Shown: positions 59,289 through 64,000 of the stretch, in pieces
How positions within the stretch are numbered: the first letter of the stretch is position 1
Layout: every line of letters starts with the position of its first letter
Origin: an uncultured Bacilli bacterium
GTDB taxonomy: Bacteria > Bacillota_I > Bacilli_A > RF39 > UBA660
Length of the DNA: 64,000 bases
Assembly (NCBI GenBank): GCA_947623935.1
Contig: CANQIE010000001.1
Coordinates: forward strand, 4,169-68,168
Direction: 5' to 3'
Made by a program: the position numbers and the translations under genes
Notes under the pieces: generated by a model
Told to the model about the DNA's origin: nothing
What the model saw: only the letters and a program-made list of their open reading frames with translations
The model's database searches: none

Positions 59289-60389
59289 ATGAGTTTAACT
59301 GCAGGAATTGTAGGATTACCTAATGTAGGGAAATCCACCTTATTTAATGCCATTACCAAAAAGAATATTTTAGCGGCGAACTATCCTTTCGCAACAATTG
59401 ATCCCAATGTGGGAGTAGTAACCGTTCCAGATCAACGTTTAGCTGAATTAGAAAAAATGTATCAACCTGAACGAACGATTCCAACTTCCTTTGAATTTAC
59501 GGATATTGCAGGACTCGTTAAAGGAGCTAGCCAAGGTGAAGGATTAGGGAACCAATTCTTATCTTATATTCGTGAAACCGATGCCATTTGTGAAGTAGTG
59601 CGTTGTTTTGAAGATAGTAATATCATTCACGTTGAAGGTGGAATCGATCCTATTCGTGATATTGAGATTATCAATCTAGAACTTACCATAGCTGACCTCG
59701 ATATTGTAGGTAATCGTATTGATAAAATGAAAAAGAAAGCAGAATCTAGTAAAGATAAAGAAGCTCTTTTAGAAATGGAAGCTTTAAAGAAAGCAAAAGA
59801 AGCGCTTGAAAAGAACATACCATTACGCCTTGTTTCCTTTACGGATGAAGAGAAGAAATTACTACGTTCTTACAGTTTTCTAACGATTAAACCAATGATT
59901 TATCTTGCGAATATTAGTGAAGAAGAAATTGCGAGCGAAGATAATGCTTATGTTCAAAAAGTAAGAGAATATGCTAAAAAAGAAAATGCGAAATGCGTTA
60001 AAATTTGCGCCAAAGTCGAAAGTGAATTAAGTGAATTAAATGATGATGATAAACAAGAAATGTTATCGATGCTAGGTCTTAAAGAAAGTGGTTTAGACGA
60101 ATTAATTAGAGAAACCTACGATTTGTTAGGATTAAGTACTTACTTTACCGTAGGACCGGATGAATGTCGTGCTTGGACTTTTAAAAAAGGCATGAATGCT
60201 AAAGAATGTGCAGGAATTATCCATACCGATTTCGAAAAAGGTTTCATTCGTGCAGAAGTAATGTCGTATGATGACTTAATTGCTTGTGGAAGTGAATTAA
60301 AAGTTAAAGAAGCAGGAAAAGCAAGATTAGAAGGGAAAGACTATCTTATGCAAGATGGCGATATTTGCCATTTCCGTTTCAACGTATAA
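59289..60389 (+). CDS. ychF: ribosome-binding ATPase YchF/Ola1
   Basis: MSLTAGIVGLPNVGKST G1 motif, TGS domain at C-terminus. Confidence 0.95.
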   Translation: MSLTAGIVGLPNVGKSTLFNAITKKNILAANYPFATIDPNVGVVTVPDQRLAELEKMYQPERTIPTSFEFTDIAGLVKGASQGEGLGNQFLSYIRETDAICEVVRCFEDSNIIHVEGGIDPIRDIEIINLELTIADLDIVGNRIDKMKKKAESSKDKEALLEMEALKKAKEALEKNIPLRLVSFTDEEKKLLRSYSFLTIKPMIYLANISEEEIASEDNAYVQKVREYAKKENAKCVKICAKVESELSELNDDDKQEMLSMLGLKESGLDELIRETYDLLGLSTYFTVGPDECRAWTFKKGMNAKECAGIIHTDFEKGFIRAEVMSYDDLIACGSELKVKEAGKARLEGKDYLMQDGDICHFRFNV

Positions 60390-60515
60390 AATAACAAAAA
60401 AAGTTAAAATAACATTTACAAAAGAGGTAAGTTTTGTTATACTACTAGCGAGTATTTTAATACTCCTTGCTGAACTTCAATGTTCGGCCATATGTCCAAA
60501 AGGAGGTGTAAGAAC

Positions 60516-60806
60516 ATGAAACAATATGAGGTAATGTTCGTAGTTAGACCTGATTTAGAAGCAGAAGCCAATCAAAAAGTTGCTTCAGATATGAAAAAGG
60601 TACTAACAGATAAGGGAGCTAAGATCCTAGAAGAAAAAGAGATGGGTCAAAGAGAATTAGCTTACGAAATGAACAAGTACAAGACTGGATATTACTATTT
60701 CTATAAAGTAGAAGTAGAAGATTCCCGTGCAACTGAAGAATTTACGCGTGTTGCTAGCTTAAATGAAGACGTTATTCGGCACCTAGTTGTTAAAGTAGAA
60801 GATTAA
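60516..60806 (+). CDS. rpsF: 30S ribosomal protein S6
   Basis: MKQYEVMFVVRPDLE; AGGAGGTG SD. Confidence 0.95.
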   Translation: MKQYEVMFVVRPDLEAEANQKVASDMKKVLTDKGAKILEEKEMGQRELAYEMNKYKTGYYYFYKVEVEDSRATEEFTRVASLNEDVIRHLVVKVED

Positions 60807-60820
60807 TAGAGAGGTAAAAA

Positions 60821-61300
60821 ATGAATAAAGTATTTTTAATTGGTCGCTTAACAAAAGATCCAGAATTAAGATATACGGGAACGAATACACCAGTAGCTAG
60901 TTTCACTTTAGCAGTCAATCGTAATTTTACGAATCAATCTGGTGAAAGAGAAGCCGATTTCATTCCTATCGTTATATGGCGTAAACAGGCTGAAAATGTA
61001 AAAAACTATTTAACACAAGGAAGCCAAGTTGCAGTCGATGGAAGAATTCAGACGCGTTCTTATGATGATAACCAAGGACAACGTCGCTATGTAACTGAAG
61101 TCATTGCTGACAATGTTCAATTCTTAGATACCAAAGGAAGTAGAGAAAATGCACCAGCAGGAACCACAACACCTGCTAACAATCCTACTCCGTATGATTT
61201 TGATTCCGGAAACGAATCTCAAACGAGTGATGTAAAAAGCGATCCATTTGCTGATTTCGGTGCCAATATCGAAATAAGCGATGACGATTTACCATTCTAA
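60821..61300 (+). CDS. ssb: single-stranded DNA-binding protein
   Basis: OB fold, acidic C-terminal tip DDDLPF. Confidence 0.95.
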   Translation: MNKVFLIGRLTKDPELRYTGTNTPVASFTLAVNRNFTNQSGEREADFIPIVIWRKQAENVKNYLTQGSQVAVDGRIQTRSYDDNQGQRRYVTEVIADNVQFLDTKGSRENAPAGTTTPANNPTPYDFDSGNESQTSDVKSDPFADFGANIEISDDDLPF

Positions 61301-61318
61301 TAGAAAGGAGATTTATCT

Positions 61319-61534
61319 ATGGCAGAATTTTTTAGAAAAAAGAAAAAAGTTTGCTACATGTGTACTGGTAAAAATATCGACTATAAAGATGTAGAAACTT
61401 TAAAGAAATACATTAATGATAAAGGTAAAATTTTACCAAGACGTGTTACAGGAGCTTGTGCAAGACATCAAAGATACATTGCTGGACAAATTAAACGTGC
61501 ACGTTCTATTGGATTATTACCATATACAAAGTAA
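61319..61534 (+). CDS. rpsR: 30S ribosomal protein S18
   Basis: 71 aa, conserved CYFCT-type N-terminus (CYMCTG here) and RRV...AR.QRY.A..IKRAR. Confidence 0.95.
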   Translation: MAEFFRKKKKVCYMCTGKNIDYKDVETLKKYINDKGKILPRRVTGACARHQRYIAGQIKRARSIGLLPYTK

Positions 61535-61537
61535 TTA

Positions 61538-61562
61538 AACCGGATTTTTTCGGTTTTTTTCT
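61538..61562 (+). terminator. weak rho-independent terminator after rpsF-ssb-rpsR
   Basis: AACCG-GATTTTTT-CGGTT followed by T7. Confidence 0.4.
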
Positions 61563-61628
61563 TTACTTGGAAAATGTCCTGAAGTAGTGTATAATATAAA
61601 TTGTCATAAAGTGTTTAGGGAGGGGCCT

Positions 61629-62579
61629 ATGAAAATAGAAAAAAGGAAGTTTTTAGCTACCATTAAAAAAGCCAATCAAATCTATATCATGGGTCATAGA
61701 GGACTCGATTTAGATGCCTTAGGAAGTGCTGTTGCGCTTGCTGAAATAGGTAAGAAATATCGAAAGAAAACTTCCATTGTTGTAAATGATACCCACTTTG
61801 AATTAGCGGTACATCAAGCTTTAACCGATATGCAAAAAAACGTATCCTTTATTAAAGGAAAAGATGTGAATATTTCAGATAAAGATTTAATTATCATTGT
61901 AGATACCAATAAGAAAGAAATTCTTCAAGAAGCAAAGCTTTTAGAAAAAACACCGCATATTATGGTCATTGATCACCATGCACCAACAACCGATAGTATC
62001 AACAATGGAATTCTTTTCATTAACGAAAAAGCATCGAGTACTTGTGAAATGATTGCTTTCCTATTAGAAGATTTAAAAATCACTTTGAAAGAAGAAATCA
62101 ATACCCTGCTTTTAGCAGGAATCGTATTAGATACCAACAACTTTGTTGTAAAGACCGATGAAGAAACTTACTATAGTGCTTATCTTTTAACTAAAAAAGG
62201 TGCCGATCCTACCAAAGTTCAATACTTATTAAAACAGGACTTAAGAGAATATGCCTTAAGGCAAAAAGTAATTACCAATGCCAAAGTATATCATTCCCTT
62301 GCCATAACCGTAGGCGATGAAAATATTCATTATCGAAAAGAAGATTTAGCAAAAATTGCCGATACTTTATTACAATTTAAAGGAGTTGAAGCTTCTTTCG
62401 TTATTGGCAAACTTGAAAAAGAATCGATTGGCGTTAGTGCACGTTCAATGGGAACTTACCAAGTAGGAAAGATTATGGAGCAAATGAATGGGGGAGGAGA
62501 TGTTTCCTCTGCGGCAACAAAGATAGAAGATAGAACCCTCGAAGAAGTAGAAAAAAAATTATGGGAACTTATCCAATAG
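61629..62579 (+). CDS. DHH-family phosphoesterase (NrnA-like oligoribonuclease/pAp phosphatase)
   Basis: DHH motif VIDHHAP, DHHA1-like C-terminus with GGGH-like GGGDVSSAA; start at MKIEKRK after AGGGAGGGG SD. Confidence 0.7.
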   Translation: MKIEKRKFLATIKKANQIYIMGHRGLDLDALGSAVALAEIGKKYRKKTSIVVNDTHFELAVHQALTDMQKNVSFIKGKDVNISDKDLIIIVDTNKKEILQEAKLLEKTPHIMVIDHHAPTTDSINNGILFINEKASSTCEMIAFLLEDLKITLKEEINTLLLAGIVLDTNNFVVKTDEETYYSAYLLTKKGADPTKVQYLLKQDLREYALRQKVITNAKVYHSLAITVGDENIHYRKEDLAKIADTLLQFKGVEASFVIGKLEKESIGVSARSMGTYQVGKIMEQMNGGGDVSSAATKIEDRTLEEVEKKLWELIQ

Positions 62580-62594
62580 AGAAAGGAGAAAGTT

Positions 62595-63035
62595 ATGCAA
62601 GTAATTTTTATTAAAGACCTCAAAGGTCAAGGAAAAAAAGAAGAAATTAAGACCGTAAAAGATGGATATGCTGAAAACTTTTTAATTAAGAAAGGCTATG
62701 CCGTTCCCTTAAACGAAGAAAACTTAGCCAAATTGAAAAGAGATCAAGCTAGTGCTAAGAAGCAAGATGAAGCAAATTATGAACAAGCAAAAGTAAATAA
62801 AGAAAAATTAGAGAAAGATACCTTCACTTTTCAAGTTAAAACAGGAAAGGAAGATCGTGTTTTTGGAAGTGTAAGTCCCAAACAAATCAAAGAAGCCTTA
62901 GATAAGAAAGGCTATAAAATTGATAAAAGACAAATTAAATTAGAAAACAATTTAACATCACTTGGTTTTCATACCGTCGAAATTGAATTATATAAAAATG
63001 TATCCGCAAAAATAAAAGTGCAATTAGTAAAATAG
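62595..63035 (+). CDS. rplI: 50S ribosomal protein L9
   Basis: MQVIFIKDLKGQGKKEEIKTVKDGYAENFL canonical L9 N-domain. Confidence 0.95.
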   Translation: MQVIFIKDLKGQGKKEEIKTVKDGYAENFLIKKGYAVPLNEENLAKLKRDQASAKKQDEANYEQAKVNKEKLEKDTFTFQVKTGKEDRVFGSVSPKQIKEALDKKGYKIDKRQIKLENNLTSLGFHTVEIELYKNVSAKIKVQLVK

Positions 63036-63047
63036 GAGGTCTTAATA

Positions 63048-64000
63048 TGGCAGCGAAAAATATTCCATACAATCCCGAGGCCGAACAATCGGTTTTAGGA
63101 GCCATGTTTATTTCTAAATATGCCTTACAAAAAGCTTGTGAAAGCTTGACCAAAGAAGCATTTTATTTAGAAAAGAACGCTGTTATTTTCGATGCCATGA
63201 AAAATTTGGCTGAAAATAAAACACCCGTAGATGTTACCACTGTTACTTCAGAATTGAAACAAAAAAACAAATTGAATGAAGCTGGAGGAGTAGAATATTT
63301 AACCGAAGTATTAGAGTTTGTTCCTACCGCTTCGAATATCGATTACTATCTAAAATTAGTAGAAGATTGTGCTGTTCGAAGAAGCTTAATTGAAGCAGGA
63401 ACTGAAGTAGCATCACTTGGATACGATCAAGAAGGTAGTGTCGAAGAAACCCTCGATGCTGCTGAAAGAAAAATGTTTAGTGTCGTTAAAAATCGACGCT
63501 CGAGTGAATTTCAAAATATTAAAGATGTTTTATATAAAGCGCAAAGTGATTTGGAAAAATTATCCGAAACCAAAGGTGAAGTAACAGGACTTCCATCGGG
63601 TTGGTACGATATCGACCGGATCACAGCAGGTTTTCATGAGAATGAATTAGTTATTATTGCCGCACGTCCTGCCATGGGAAAAACGGCCTTTGCCTTAAAT
63701 ATTGCAACTTATATTGCCATGAATACCGATAAAACAGTAGCTTTATTTAATATGGAAATGAGTGCTGAACAATTAGCAATGCGTATGCTCTCAAGTCTAG
63801 GTCAAATCGAAGGCTATAAATTAAGAACCGGTAATTTAAATAATAATGACTGGAAGCGAGTAAATGAAGCGATTAGCCAATTGCAAGATGCTAAACTCTA
63901 TATCGACGATACCCCTGGAATTACGATTGGTGAAATACGTTCTAAATGTAGACGCCTTGCGAGTTCAGATGAAGGCCTTGGTATTGTTGTTATCGACTAC
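63048..64000 (+). CDS. dnaB: replicative DNA helicase DnaB family (DnaC of Bacillus), 3'-truncated by window end
   Basis: IPYNPEAEQSVLGAMF N-terminal domain, Walker A-containing RecA fold begins (GLPSGWYDIDRIT...ARPAMGKTAFALN). Confidence 0.9.

Noticed and set aside
61563-61576. TTTACTTGGAAAAT upstream of the DHH phosphoesterase gene, resembling the degenerate NBS-like motif
   Set aside because: too divergent from ATTTCCCGGGAAAT; more likely part of the -35 region (TTGGAA) of that gene's promoter
1-64000. searched for CRISPR repeats, rRNA, tRNA genes, integrases/transposases and inverted-repeat-flanked IS elements
   Set aside because: no regularly spaced direct repeats, no rRNA or tRNA-like conserved segments in the intergenic spacers, and no recombinase-like ORFs were seen

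Overview
This window is the origin-of-replication region of an AT-rich (about 30% GC) Firmicutes chromosome. From the gene content (spoVT, yabG, bofA, ricT, comK, noc-soj-spo0J) I infer an endospore-forming Clostridia or Erysipelotrichia-like organism. Nearly all genes left of about 47.6 kb are on the minus strand and all genes right of it are on the plus strand. They converge on a DnaA-box-rich oriC that flanks dnaA (boxes at 46093-46231 and 47609-47932). The backbone is the conserved Bacillus-type origin neighbourhood. On the minus side it runs dnaA-dnaN-recF-gyrB-gyrA, ffs-tadA, dnaX-ybaB-recR-bofA-holB-ricT-yabB-rsmI-pth-mfd-spoVT, metG (with a T-box leader)-tatD-yabE-like, rsmA-yabG-veg-hpf-secA and prfB (with its +1 frameshift). 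On the plus side it runs rpmH-rnpA-yidC-jag-mnmE-mnmG-rsmG-noc-soj-spo0J, ychF, rpsF-ssb-rpsR, a DHH phosphoesterase, rplI and dnaB (partial). Three accessory insertions interrupt this synteny. The first is a roughly 9-kb island between secA and prfB carrying Fic, a frameshifted RhuM, an XRE regulator, two GNATs, CutA, a HAD hydrolase and several hypothetical proteins. The second is a roughly 5.5-kb cluster between the yabE-like gene and rsmA. It encodes a SipW-type signal peptidase and four paralogous secreted proteins with TasA/CalY-like SipW-cognate N-termini. Two of these paralogs are a tandem duplicate with 240 bp of identical 5' sequence, and each has a G8 homopolymer inside its promoter spacer, a candidate phase-variation switch. 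The third is a ComK-family gene sitting between dnaN and recF. The gyrA-ffs intergenic spacer holds two parS sites bracketing two Noc-binding-site palindromes, and a third perfect Noc-binding site lies between mnmE and mnmG. The noc-like gene has NBS-type specificity residues but an atypical architecture.
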